Assembly: GCA_036261255.1 (NCBI GenBank)
Contig: DATALD010000073.1
Location: 12,653-76,652, forward strand
Direction of reading: 5' to 3'
Source of the DNA: Bacteroidales bacterium
GTDB lineage: Bacteria > Bacteroidota > Bacteroidia > Bacteroidales > VadinHA17
DNA: 64,000 nt
Position numbers and translations under genes: made by a program. Positions 1 to 9,216 of the stretch are shown here, piece after piece. Numbering within the stretch: position 1 is the stretch's first letter; each line of letters starts with the position of its first letter. The notes under the pieces were generated by a model that saw only the letters and a list, made by a program, of their open reading frames with translations, had not been told where the DNA came from and ran no database searches.

Positions 1-940
1 TGATAATACCAGTTTTCTTATCGAAGACTCCCGGAGCATGAAAAGTTGTCTGATTTTCTTCAGCCTGTTTGAAGCCTTTGCCTTTCTTTGTAAGGCAATG
101 AAGGAGCTTTGGTCCTGGTATTAGTTTGAGGTCTTCAAGTACCTTTGTGAGGTGGAGAATATCATGACCGTCGATTGGGCCGAAGTACCTGAAGTTGAAT
201 CCTTCAAATAAATTACTTCTGTCGAGGATTGTTGATTTTAATCCCGCTTCGATCTGTGAAGCAAGTGTACGTGCATCAGGTCCATGCTTGCCAAAAATGC
301 CCAGCATATTCCATATTTTATCTTTGAACCTGTTATAGGTGTGACTTGTGGTGATATCAAGCAGATATTCCTTCAAAGCTCCAACATTCGGATCTATTGC
401 TATGTTGTTATCATTGAGGATAACAAGAATATCAAGCTTACTGATACCTGCATTATTTAAGCCTTCAAAGGCCTGACCTGCAGTCATCGAACCATCACCT
501 ATAACAGCTACAATATGTCTTTTTTCACCTTTTATGTGAGCTGCTTCTGCCATACCAAGAGCTGCGGAGATAGAAGTTGAAGAATGACCGGTCCCAAAAG
601 CATCGTATTCGCTTTCGGCCATCTTAGGGAAACCCGATATACCTTTGTACTTTCTGTTTGTTGAGAACCTGTTACGCCGGCCTGTTAGTATCTTATGTCC
701 ATAAGCCTGATGTCCAACATCCCAGATAAGCCTGTCGTAAGGAGTATTAAAAACATAATGAAGCGCCACACTAAGTTCAACAACACCAAGGCTAGCCCCA
801 AAATGTCCGGGATTATTACATACAACATCAATAATGAATTGTCTTAATTCAGCGCTTACTTGTATGAGGTCCTCGGGCTGCAGTTTCCTGAGATCTTCCG
901 GGGTTATAATTTTAGAGAGTAAAGTCTCCTCAATCTGCAT
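1..940 (-). CDS. dxs: 1-deoxy-D-xylulose-5-phosphate synthase, N-terminal ~313 codons (3' end runs off the window)
   Basis: My own reverse-strand translation from the ATG at 938-940 gives MQIEETLLSKIITPEDLRKL...NPGHFGASLGVVELSVALHYVFNTPYDRLIWDVGHQAYGHKILTGRR...GTGHSSTSISAALGMA...VAVIGDGSMTAGQAFEGLNN. It has the DXS signature and the TPP-binding GDG motif. It is absent from the ORF track because there is no in-window stop. Confidence 0.9.
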   Translation of the reverse strand, partial: MQIEETLLSKIITPEDLRKLQPEDLIQVSAELRQFIIDVVCNNPGHFGASLGVVELSVALHYVFNTPYDRLIWDVGHQAYGHKILTGRRNRFSTNRKYKGISGFPKMAESEYDAFGTGHSSTSISAALGMAEAAHIKGEKRHIVAVIGDGSMTAGQAFEGLNNAGISKLDILVILNDNNIAIDPNVGALKEYLLDITTSHTYNRFKDKIWNMLGIFGKHGPDARTLASQIEAGLKSTILDRSNLFEGFNFRYFGPIDGHDILHLTKVLEDLKLIPGPKLLHCLTKKGKGFKQAEENQTTFHAPGVFDKKTGII

Positions 941-963
941 TTTTATGGATAAATTTTAAGGCA

Positions 964-971
964 CAAATATA
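964..971 (-). promoter_or_regulatory. Candidate Bacteroidota -7 box (TATATTTG on minus strand) upstream of dxs
   Basis: Plus-strand caaatata is the reverse complement of the TAnnTTTG consensus. It lies 24 bp upstream of the dxs ATG. Confidence 0.3.
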
Positions 972-1018
972 AGAATTATTATTCGGCGTTGTTTTCCGGG
1001 GGCAATGAGGGTTTTTCT

Positions 1019-1026
1019 TATTTTTG
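1019..1026 (+). promoter_or_regulatory. Candidate Bacteroidota -7 box (TATTTTTG) upstream of the OmpA-family gene
   Basis: Matches TAnnTTTG, 57 bp upstream of the ATG at 1083. Confidence 0.3.
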
Positions 1027-1082
1027 CTTCCAAAGACAATTTTTAACATCAGTAACTGTTTTAACTGAAACCGAATTCAAAC

Positions 1083-2093
1083 ATGAAAAAAGCCAGTTTA
1101 TATCTTCAGGGTTTAGCTTTATTAGTGTTCATTGCTTCTTCATGCGTACCAGGAGGGAAATACAAATCCCTTCAGGATACGAGCAGGAACTTTATGAATG
1201 AGAGGGATGAATATAAATCTGCAAATATCGGGCTTGAAATGCAAAACAGGGAACTTGAAGCCAGGATTGCTTCACTCCAGACAGGAACAGATTCGATCAA
1301 ACAGGTTATTCAGAAGACACAATCTGAACGAGACAAAGCAATTGATGAATATAACAGGATCGCTGCACGTTATGATGAGCTGCAGAATGCCCATGAAGAC
1401 CTTGTGAGAGGTAATGTAAGAGAGACACAGAAACTTCTGTCGGAGCTGCAGGCTGCACAGGCAAACCTGCAGGAAAAAGAAAACCTGCTTAAGCAGCTAA
1501 GTGACAACCTCGATGCCCGAAAAACATCACTTGATGAATTAAACTTCGAGCTCGAAAAGAGGAACGCCCGCCTTGCCGAGCTTGAAAAAATTCTTGATTT
1601 ACAGAAGAAAATTGCTCAAGACCTTAAAAACAAAGTATCTGAAGCGCTTCTTGGATTCGAGAATAATGGTCTTACAGTGACTCAGAAAGATGGCAAAGTA
1701 TATGTTTCACTTGACGAAAAATTGCTCTTTAAATCCGCAAGCTGGGATATGGATGCTAATGGCAGGAATGCACTTAAAAAATTGTCAGGTGTGCTTGAGA
1801 AAAATCCAGGTATCCAGGTTATGATAGAAGGACACACTGATAATGTTCCATACAATGGGACAGGTCAGGTCAAAGATAACTGGGATCTAAGTGTAAAACG
1901 TGCTACAACAGTTGTGAGAACTTTACTTGAAGGTACAAAGATAGATCCGAAGAGACTTACTGCGGGGGGAAGAAGTGAATACCTTCCTGTGGAAGCAGCA
2001 AATACTGCTGAAGCAAGAACACGTAACAGGAGAACTGAAATTATCCTGACACCCGATCTTTCTGAATTGTATAAATTAATAAACAGCTATTAA
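1083..2093 (+). CDS. OmpA-family lipoprotein with long coiled-coil spacer
   Basis: Lipobox-like signal (LVFIASSC) and a Q/E/L-rich coiled-coil segment. The C-terminal OmpA-like peptidoglycan-binding domain reads GHTDNVP...NWDLSVKRATTVVRTL...RNRRTEIIL. Confidence 0.85.
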   Translation: MKKASLYLQGLALLVFIASSCVPGGKYKSLQDTSRNFMNERDEYKSANIGLEMQNRELEARIASLQTGTDSIKQVIQKTQSERDKAIDEYNRIAARYDELQNAHEDLVRGNVRETQKLLSELQAAQANLQEKENLLKQLSDNLDARKTSLDELNFELEKRNARLAELEKILDLQKKIAQDLKNKVSEALLGFENNGLTVTQKDGKVYVSLDEKLLFKSASWDMDANGRNALKKLSGVLEKNPGIQVMIEGHTDNVPYNGTGQVKDNWDLSVKRATTVVRTLLEGTKIDPKRLTAGGRSEYLPVEAANTAEARTRNRRTEIILTPDLSELYKLINSY

Positions 2094-2096
2094 CCC

Positions 2097-3647
2097 TTAT
2101 TCCTCAGAGAATTCCCTAAGTTTAACTTTAATGTTCTTGAGGGCATCGAGAAGATTTTCCTCTGGTCGAAGAAAATCCTGGTCTCCCCAGAAATCGGGAT
2201 CGTAGGAATTTATTGTTTTTGAGAAAACTGAATGAACTGGCGCCAGCTCTTCTTTATCAAAGCGTTTTGGATCAATAAGGTTGGTTTCTGTTACAGCCAT
2301 TTCAAAAAATACCTTGAACTGTGAATTAAAAAGTTTCCTTTTCTGTTTAGAATTGAATAAAAGATCAGCACGCACATGACTGAGAAAATACCGACCATCC
2401 ATCTTCCGATAGCTTACATTATACTTTACCGATACCGGCCAGGTGTTAAAACCACCCGGAGAACTTGAAACAAAAGAATCTCTGAATTTATCTATTGTTG
2501 ACGGTGATATCTCAAATTCTGCACTGTAAATTCCGAAGTCGTTTGTATTTATATAAATTGTTCCATTGAAAAACTGGTTCTCTGAATACTTCTGATTTTT
2601 GAATTCAATAACATAAGCTGATTCATCATTATATGTTACAATATCTGTGATCCTGTATTCATAACTATTGATTCCTTCAGGAGAAATAAAACCGAAGATG
2701 TTCTTTGCAACATCAAGGTCCATACTTGTGCTAAGACCTGCTTTTAGTCGTACTGCAAGTGTATCCGAAATATCGAGGTTCTCTATTTTCCTGCTTTTAA
2801 GTATTTTAACCTGATCATTCTGAAGGGTTCCAGAGTAAGGGCTTTTATATATACTTAGAATAGCCTCAGAGTAGTTCTGAAGTTCATTTTTCTTCATAAC
2901 TCCTTCCCTGTAAAACCCGGTCATCATAGCTGGTGTTCTGCCGTAGTTCTCATTAATTGCTCTATATGATTTACGGATTATTTCTCTGGGTATCTGGTTG
3001 TGAATTATTATTTCAGGGATTGAGATGTATTCCCTTCTCATTGTTATTCTAAAATCACTCCCCGTTGCCTGTGATGCGGGTATTTCTCTTCCAAAGTAAC
3101 CAAGATAAGAAACATGCAATGTATCATTACCTGAATCAGGAGGGATATTTAATCTGAACTCTCCGTTATTGTTTGTAACTGTTCCCCTTCGGATGTTCTT
3201 AAAACCTATTGTTGCAAATGGGAGGGGATCACCGGTTTCTTCATCGACAATGACACCCGTAACAAGACTATTGCTTCTTGGGTATAATTGTGTTTCTATA
3301 GGTTTTTGATTCCTGCTTTTTGAAATGACGATGTATTTGTCAATTATTGAAAAAGTAAGGGAGTCGTTATGAAGTACTGATTCGAGTATCTTTCCCAACC
3401 TGACATCCGTGAAGTTGAGCTGAACTTTCCTGTCTTCTTCAATAATGCGGCTATCGTATGTGAAGCTGAACCCTGTCTCACTGGAAATAACATCCAGGGC
3501 ATCGCCTGTTTTAAGTGTTCCTTTTGTTATTGTGAACGATTGATCCAGTATGGTTTTCTGACCAAAAACTGAACCGGGAAGGAGCATCATAAATAACGCG
3601 ATGGCCAATAAATATTTTTGTCCAGGGCCACGTAATAGCATCTTCAA
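2097..3647 (-). CDS. Secreted STN-like + CarboxypepD_reg-like domain protein with an unassigned ~330-aa C-terminal domain (no TonB plug or barrel)
   Basis: Signal peptide (LLPGSVFGQ). STN-like stretch ISSETGFSFTYDSRIIEEDRKVQLNFTDVRLGKILESVLHNDSLTFSIIDKYIVISK. CarboxypepD_reg-like stretch VTGVIVDEETGDPLPFATIGFKNIRRGTVTNNNGEFRLNIP. The C-terminal domain is paralogous to that of 5191-6492. Confidence 0.6.
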   Translation of the reverse strand: MKMLLRGPGQKYLLAIALFMMLLPGSVFGQKTILDQSFTITKGTLKTGDALDVISSETGFSFTYDSRIIEEDRKVQLNFTDVRLGKILESVLHNDSLTFSIIDKYIVISKSRNQKPIETQLYPRSNSLVTGVIVDEETGDPLPFATIGFKNIRRGTVTNNNGEFRLNIPPDSGNDTLHVSYLGYFGREIPASQATGSDFRITMRREYISIPEIIIHNQIPREIIRKSYRAINENYGRTPAMMTGFYREGVMKKNELQNYSEAILSIYKSPYSGTLQNDQVKILKSRKIENLDISDTLAVRLKAGLSTSMDLDVAKNIFGFISPEGINSYEYRITDIVTYNDESAYVIEFKNQKYSENQFFNGTIYINTNDFGIYSAEFEISPSTIDKFRDSFVSSSPGGFNTWPVSVKYNVSYRKMDGRYFLSHVRADLLFNSKQKRKLFNSQFKVFFEMAVTETNLIDPKRFDKEELAPVHSVFSKTINSYDPDFWGDQDFLRPEENLLDALKNIKVKLREFSEE

Positions 3648-3655
3648 ACATTGAG

Positions 3656-4648
3656 TCAGTTCTCTGAAAGACGGTATGTTTGTCCATCTCTCGTATAATT
3701 CAGATCAAAGCTAAGACAAATCATCCGGATTATATTCTCTTCAGGCTGATAATCTATAGGAGCTGTCCAGGGCAGTTCATTTATTGAGGGATCATCTATA
3801 ACAATATCAATATTATAAACTCTCTTAAGATCGCTGAAAACAACTTCAAGTTTCTCTCCTTTATAGACAAGTTTCCCGGTGTTCCAGGCAAGGTAATTAG
3901 GATTATCATTGATGCTTTTTTCAATCTTTTTATCAGAGAGTTTCCCAATGAATCCGGGGTCGAGTAGTATCGATTGTGAACCTGCTTTATCTTCAATCCT
4001 TACTTTCCCTGTTTTAACAAATACTTCAACTTCTGAATAGGAATTTTCAGTTATTACATTAAATGAAGTTCCAATAACTTCAATATTGGCTTTCCCAGCA
4101 TCAATAATAAAAGGGTTAGAAGCATCCCGAGCAATATCAAAGAAAGCTTCCCCCTGGAGTTCTACATTGCGGTTATTTGCCCCAAAAGAAGGTTTATAGC
4201 TTAATGAGGAATTGCGGTTAAGGTAAACGGTACTTCCGTCGGGAAGGTCAATTTTCTTGTTACTCTCATTATCTGCGGTGATTGTAGTGTGAAGAATAAG
4301 TGATCCTTTGTTTTTCAAGAGTAAGAAGATGGTACCAGATCCGAGAAGCAGAATCAGAATTGCTGCTACTTTCAGGAAACCTGTTCTGAATAGCATAAGC
4401 CGTTTAACTTTCGAATCTTTATTGTCTGTTTCAACAATTCTTGAATACACATTATTCCATGCTTTATCAACATCAACTTCCTTTTCCTTCTCCATATTCC
4501 CTATTTCTTTCCATAGATTTCCCACTTCAGCATATTCATCATTTAATTTTGATTCTACTGGGTAATTCCCTACTGATTCTTGTGAAAAGAGAGACGCTAA
4601 ACGTTCCCATTCTTTCCCTGTAAGCTTATCTTTTTTATTCTCTTTCAT
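3656..4648 (-). CDS. FecR-family anti-sigma factor
   Basis: Single TM (VAAILILLLGSGTIFLLL). FecR-type periplasmic domain (IDLPDGSTVYLNRNSSLSY...VELQGEAFFDIARDASNPFIIDAG...IEVIGTSFNV). 4-bp ATGA overlap with the upstream sigma gene. Confidence 0.85.
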   Translation of the reverse strand: MKENKKDKLTGKEWERLASLFSQESVGNYPVESKLNDEYAEVGNLWKEIGNMEKEKEVDVDKAWNNVYSRIVETDNKDSKVKRLMLFRTGFLKVAAILILLLGSGTIFLLLKNKGSLILHTTITADNESNKKIDLPDGSTVYLNRNSSLSYKPSFGANNRNVELQGEAFFDIARDASNPFIIDAGKANIEVIGTSFNVITENSYSEVEVFVKTGKVRIEDKAGSQSILLDPGFIGKLSDKKIEKSINDNPNYLAWNTGKLVYKGEKLEVVFSDLKRVYNIDIVIDDPSINELPWTAPIDYQPEENIIRMICLSFDLNYTRDGQTYRLSEN

Positions 4649-5181
4649 TTCTCCGCAAGTTCTTTTCTGAATTCCTTCAATGCTTTTCCCATATTCGCTT
4701 CCACCGTCTTAATCGATACTGAAAGTTTCTGAGCTATTTCAGCGTACTTTAATCCTTCAAACCTGTTCATAAAGAAGATCTGCCCGCAACGTTCGGGCAG
4801 CTTCTCCAATATCCTTGCTATCTTTCCCTGGAGTTCGGCATAGTTTAATATATCAGCGGGACTCTCAGGGCTCTCAGGCTGTTTCTGTGACATCTCCTCA
4901 TTATACTTTTCAACTACTTTCAGGTGGTTTATATGATGAAGGCACCTGTTATGTACTGATCTGAAGAGATAACCTGTCAAAGAACTATCTATTAAAAGGT
5001 CATTTTTGTTTTGCCATAATCTCACGAACAGATCCTGGACTATTTCTTCAGCTGTGTCATGATCTTTTACGAGGACTTTGGCATATCTGACCAGAGAGGG
5101 ATAGGAGGATCTGAAGAGTGATTCAAATTCCTTAACATCACCACCCCTGATCCTCCTTATTCTTTCTTTGTCACTGGTCAT
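4645..5181 (-). CDS. ECF-type RNA polymerase sigma-70 family factor
   Basis: Region 2 (YPSLVRYAKVLVKDHDTAEEIVQDLFVRLWQN) and region 4 HTH (GLKYAEIAQKLSVSIKTVEANMGKALKEFRK). Confidence 0.9.
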   Translation of the reverse strand: MTSDKERIRRIRGGDVKEFESLFRSSYPSLVRYAKVLVKDHDTAEEIVQDLFVRLWQNKNDLLIDSSLTGYLFRSVHNRCLHHINHLKVVEKYNEEMSQKQPESPESPADILNYAELQGKIARILEKLPERCGQIFFMNRFEGLKYAEIAQKLSVSIKTVEANMGKALKEFRKELAEK

Positions 5182-5190
5182 ACAAGTACC

Positions 5191-6492
5191 TTATTGTTCT
5201 GAAGTCATGTCGCTGAATTTAAGCTTTTTTGAAAGCCTTTTTATAGCAGACTCGATACTCTGGTCAGGTTCTATCACATTATAGTCGCCCCAATATTCGG
5301 GATCTGCAAATGAAGTAACCTTTTCTGAAAAGACATCGGTTGTTTTAAGCTTTTCCTTTCCTGCAAATTTAATAACTTCTTCAGCAGTACGATCGGTCAC
5401 AGCTATTTCTGACATCGTTGTATAATAAGTATGGAAAAGTTTTTTCTTCCAATTAACCCTGAATCTCACTTCTGCCCTTGAATATTCGAAGTGCCATTTC
5501 CCATTCTGTTCACGGTATTTTGTTCTGTAAGTTGCAATCTCAGGAGTTACTTCCATTCCAAGCGGTTTCTTTTTTATAAACAGAGCAGCTGCCTGGGCCT
5601 TGTCTGCAAGGTTATATCCAAACTCTGCCTCAGAAATTGCGTAGGTATCCATATCTATATAGAGTGAACCCATGAAGAGCGGGAAATCAACTTTAGGCTT
5701 CTGTATGAAATTAATTATATAGTGCGGGCGACCATTAATTTCAATAACACCCGACAAAGAATAGTCGTAGTATTCCATTGATTCTTTGGTGAGAATAGAC
5801 TCGGTATTTTTAGCAAGGTCAAGTTGAAGAACACTTAATGGACCTCCCTGTAGTTTAAATAGAACTGTATCCATTTTTTCAACATCTGAACCTTTTCTTC
5901 CCTTGTATATTCGTGCTGCATCGAAACGCATATCGTTTTCGTAAGGCGCTTTGAATAATTCAACAACAGCTTCACCTATTGAAACGTAGGTACGGTTCTT
6001 TTTTATTGTCTCGCGGTAGAACGAAGTCATCAGGTTAGCTTGTGATTCATAATTATCACTCAGATTATCGATCGCATTAATAACAATTGAGACAGGGTCA
6101 ATAGGCTTAACTATGATCTCTTTAATAGGGATAGGAGCTGCTTCAAGCTCAATTTTGTTTTTCCCTTCCTTAAGATCACTTACCGCAACTATTTTATTCT
6201 TAAAGCCAAGGAATGAGACTTCAATACTCCTGGGGTCAGATGATGGCGGCATTTTCAGTGTAAACTCCCCGTCAATGTTAGTTACGATAGCAACATTTGA
6301 TTCTTTAACTGCAACAGTTGCAAATACTAGAGGGTTGCCTGTTTCTTTATCGACAACCTTACCTTTGAGAATTACATAATTTTGCTGTTGATCATTCCTT
6401 TTTTCCGAGAATGAAGAAGCAGCAATCGCAGTTTGTCCGGCAGTGAAAGCCACTAGAACTGCAAAAACCAGGATGAGATTAAATTTTTTCAT
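5191..6492 (-). CDS. Secreted CarboxypepD_reg-like domain protein, paralog of 2097-3647 without the STN-like segment
   Basis: Signal peptide. LKGKVVDKETGNPLVFATVAVKESNVAIVTNIDGEFTLKMP. Shared C-terminal motifs with the paralog: FYRE, YK.PY, LDLAKN, AEF, E.AVT and DP(D/E)(F/Y)WGD. Confidence 0.6.
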   Translation of the reverse strand: MKKFNLILVFAVLVAFTAGQTAIAASSFSEKRNDQQQNYVILKGKVVDKETGNPLVFATVAVKESNVAIVTNIDGEFTLKMPPSSDPRSIEVSFLGFKNKIVAVSDLKEGKNKIELEAAPIPIKEIIVKPIDPVSIVINAIDNLSDNYESQANLMTSFYRETIKKNRTYVSIGEAVVELFKAPYENDMRFDAARIYKGRKGSDVEKMDTVLFKLQGGPLSVLQLDLAKNTESILTKESMEYYDYSLSGVIEINGRPHYIINFIQKPKVDFPLFMGSLYIDMDTYAISEAEFGYNLADKAQAAALFIKKKPLGMEVTPEIATYRTKYREQNGKWHFEYSRAEVRFRVNWKKKLFHTYYTTMSEIAVTDRTAEEVIKFAGKEKLKTTDVFSEKVTSFADPEYWGDYNVIEPDQSIESAIKRLSKKLKFSDMTSEQ

Positions 6493-6799
6493 AACAGTGA
6501 GTATTAATTAGATCGTTAAAAATATTTCTGGTGTTTTCAAAATAAAGACCCTCACCAGTATCTTAACCCTATCCTTTTTAGAAAATTATTGTTTTTTCAA
6601 GAACAAATTTTGAATGCTTTTTGATCAGATACATTTTTATGTAATTTGAATATATTTATTATTTGCATTACAAATATCAGTTAAGTTTGATAATAAAGTA
6701 CATATAACAAAATTGAATATTGTAAAATACCCAAACGCCTTTTTGTCAGCAGGCTCCTTACTGCTGAGTTCAGCTTTACATAAGAGCATTGTTGGTGGC

Positions 6800-7681
6800 A
6801 TGCCTCCTGCAATAAGCATCGAATTGACAAACTATTGTAATCTTTCCTGCCCTGAATGTCCTTCCGGAGCAGGTACTATGAAGAGGAAGAAAGGTTTTAT
6901 GGATCTTTCATTATTCAAAAAAACAATCAGCGAACTCAGACCTTATCTGTTTAATGTCAACCTTTATTTTCAGGGAGAACCGTTGCTTCATCCATCTTTT
7001 TATGATTTTCTTGCTGAAATAAGAGGACTTCATGCTGTCGTATCTACAAACGGTCATTTTATTAATGCCGAAAGTGCGAAAAAGATAGTGACATCCGGAT
7101 TAAAGAAGATTATTATTTCGCTTGACGGGCCTGACCAGGCAACATATTCAAGATACAGGATAAACGGTAATGTTGAAAATGTTATTAAAGGAATAAATGA
7201 ATTATCAGCGGCAAAAAGGCATGCCGCTTCAGGCATCAAAATCGAGATACAGGTTCTTTTGAACAGGTTTAATGAAGAGAGGCTGCCTGAGATTAGAAAG
7301 ATTGCAGATGATACAGGGGTCGGTCTGGTTATTAAATCAATGCAGTTTTATAATGTTGAGCGGGCAGGGGAGTGGATGCCTTCTGATAAGAGATATTGCA
7401 GGTACAGATTTGAAAAAAACAATTACGAAATCAGAAGTTCTTTCCCACGAAGGTGTGCAAGGCTCTGGCTTAATCCTGTTGTTACATGGGACATGAAAGT
7501 TGTTCCATGTTGTTTTGATAAGGATGCAGAGTATATTATGGGCGACCTTCGATCAGATTCATTCAGAGAAATATGGCATGGGAAAAACTACTCAGATTTC
7601 CGCAAGACGATACTAACCGCCAGGGAAAAAATACCAATTTGCTGTAACTGTACTTCAGGTATGAGAAATGTAAGAACTTAA
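6800..7681 (+). CDS. Radical SAM / SPASM-domain protein
   Basis: CxxxCxxC cluster (NYCNLSCPECPSG) shortly after the ATG at 6800. Cys-rich SPASM-like C-terminus (VVPCCFDKDAEYIMGDL...IPICCNCTSG). The track ORF starts at a TTG at 6713, and I prefer the ATG at 6800. Confidence 0.8.
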   Translation: MPPAISIELTNYCNLSCPECPSGAGTMKRKKGFMDLSLFKKTISELRPYLFNVNLYFQGEPLLHPSFYDFLAEIRGLHAVVSTNGHFINAESAKKIVTSGLKKIIISLDGPDQATYSRYRINGNVENVIKGINELSAAKRHAASGIKIEIQVLLNRFNEERLPEIRKIADDTGVGLVIKSMQFYNVERAGEWMPSDKRYCRYRFEKNNYEIRSSFPRRCARLWLNPVVTWDMKVVPCCFDKDAEYIMGDLRSDSFREIWHGKNYSDFRKTILTAREKIPICCNCTSGMRNVRT

Positions 7682-7684
7682 TTA

Positions 7685-7722
7685 TTCATTCATTCACTCA
7701 TTCATTCATTCATTCATTCATT
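7685..7722. repeat. (TTCA)n tetranucleotide microsatellite, ~9.5 units with one substitution
   Basis: The sequence reads ttcattcattcactcattcattcattcattcattcatt. It fills the 46-bp convergent gap between the radical SAM stop (7681) and the frr stop (7728). Confidence 0.9.
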
Positions 7723-7727
7723 AATCA

Positions 7728-8291
7728 TCAAACAGTAATTACTTCTTTCTCCTTAATTGCCATCACCTTATCTACCTTGGCATTGTATGAATGAACCATT
7801 TCCTGGATAACTTCGGCTGCTTCTTTTTCACTATCTTCAGGGAGTCCATTTTTAAGCATTGACTTTAGTTCATCAAGAGCCCATTTACGTGCATTTCTTA
7901 CACTGATTTTAGCTGTCTCACCTTCATTTCTTACCTGTTTAACAAGCTGGTGCCTTCTTTCCTCTGTGAGTGGAGGTATGTTGATTCTGATCACTTCGCC
8001 ATTATTAACAGGAGTAAGGCCGATATTTGCTGCCATAATAGCTTTTTCAATTACTCCAAGCATGTTCTTTTCCCAGGGTTGGATAAGAATTGTCTTTGGA
8101 TCGGGAGTATTAATGTTCGATACCTGGGCTAAAGGTGAATTAACTCCATAGTAATCAACGGTAACACCGTCAAGAATTGCAGGATTGGCTCTTCCTGCTC
8201 TAAGCCTGGCAAGTTCATGTTCCAGGTGTTCGAGCGCCTTCTCCATCCTTTCTTTTGTTTCTTCGGTGATCAGCTCAACTTCTTCATCCAT
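7728..8291 (-). CDS. frr: Ribosome recycling factor
   Basis: Full-length RRF pattern: RLRAGRANPAILDGVTVDYYG...LIQPWEK...ISVRNARK. Confidence 0.95.
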   Translation of the reverse strand: MDEEVELITEETKERMEKALEHLEHELARLRAGRANPAILDGVTVDYYGVNSPLAQVSNINTPDPKTILIQPWEKNMLGVIEKAIMAANIGLTPVNNGEVIRINIPPLTEERRHQLVKQVRNEGETAKISVRNARKWALDELKSMLKNGLPEDSEKEAAEVIQEMVHSYNAKVDKVMAIKEKEVITV

Positions 8292-8361
8292 ATATTGAAA
8301 ATTTTAATGGGATTTGTTAACTATTTAACAAAAATAATAAAATTGCGGATAACGTCAAAAG

Positions 8362-9072
8362 CTAAAAGTTGCTGACAGTAGTTCCAACACCACCCTGTTC
8401 GACCAGCCTGGAAAGATTACCTTGCCTGTTAATATCAAAGACAACAATAGGCATATTGTTTTCGCGGCACATTGTAAAAGCTGTAAGATCCATAACCTTT
8501 AATCTTTTTTCAATCACTTCTTCAAATGATATTTTATCATATCTCGAAGCCTTTGGATCTTTTTCAGGATCAGCGGTATATACGCCATCAACCCTTGTCC
8601 CTTTAAGGAGTACATCTGATCTGGTTTCTACTGCTCTTAAAGCAGCAGCGGTATCTGTTGTAAAGAATGGATTACCTGTTCCACCCGCCAGGATGCATAT
8701 ATATTCCTCCTTTAAAGCTTCAAGCACTTTATCGCGATTGTACAATTCACCAACAGGCTCCATCCGTATTGCTGTAAATACCTTGGCCTTACCGCCTGTT
8801 CGCTGGATAGCGCTTTCAAGTGCAAGACTGTTTATTACGGTGGCAAGCATTCCCATCTGATCACCTTTAAGCCTATCGTACCCGGCGCCGGTCCCACTCA
8901 GGCCGCGAAATATGTTGCCACCACCAATTACAATACTGATCTGGCACCCTTTATTTGAAAGATCAGCAATCTGGCTGGCATAATCAATCAGAACTTCATC
9001 GCTGATACCATGATTACCTTTCCCGGCAAGTGATTCACCACTAAGCTTTAACAAGATACGTGAATAGAGCAT
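8362..9072 (-). CDS. pyrH: UMP kinase
   Basis: RILLKLSGESLAG...IVIGGGNIFRG...MLATVINSLAL...ILAGGTGNPFFTTDTAAALRA. Confidence 0.95.
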   Translation of the reverse strand: MLYSRILLKLSGESLAGKGNHGISDEVLIDYASQIADLSNKGCQISIVIGGGNIFRGLSGTGAGYDRLKGDQMGMLATVINSLALESAIQRTGGKAKVFTAIRMEPVGELYNRDKVLEALKEEYICILAGGTGNPFFTTDTAAALRAVETRSDVLLKGTRVDGVYTADPEKDPKASRYDKISFEEVIEKRLKVMDLTAFTMCRENNMPIVVFDINRQGNLSRLVEQGGVGTTVSNF

Positions 9073-9151
9073 TATATATTGATTTTAGATGGTAAGTATC
9101 AAAGGTAATCAAAAAATACTTTTAACTGTTTTAGCGCCAGAAATGGTATTC

Positions 9152-9177
9152 AAAAAAAAGCGCCCTCAGGGGCGCTT
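9152..9177 (-). terminator. Rho-independent terminator downstream of tsf
   Basis: GC-rich stem aagcgccc/gggcgctt with a 4-nt loop. The plus-strand A8 run (9152-9159) becomes a U tract on the minus strand. It lies ~40 bp after the tsf stop. Confidence 0.7.
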
Positions 9178-9216
9178 AAATATGAATTATGAACTTACGT
9201 AGAAACTGCTATAATT

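Noticed and set aside
6493-6799. Search for a small precursor-peptide gene next to the radical SAM/SPASM gene, and the TTG-initiated N-terminal extension (6713-6799)
   Set aside because: I saw no convincing short ORF with a Cys/Gly-rich core. The extension precedes a good ATG placed at the usual distance from the CxxxCxxC motif. The gene is left as an orphan radical SAM enzyme.
8369-8860. 163-aa plus-strand ORF
   Set aside because: It is entirely antisense to pyrH and has no recognisable motifs.
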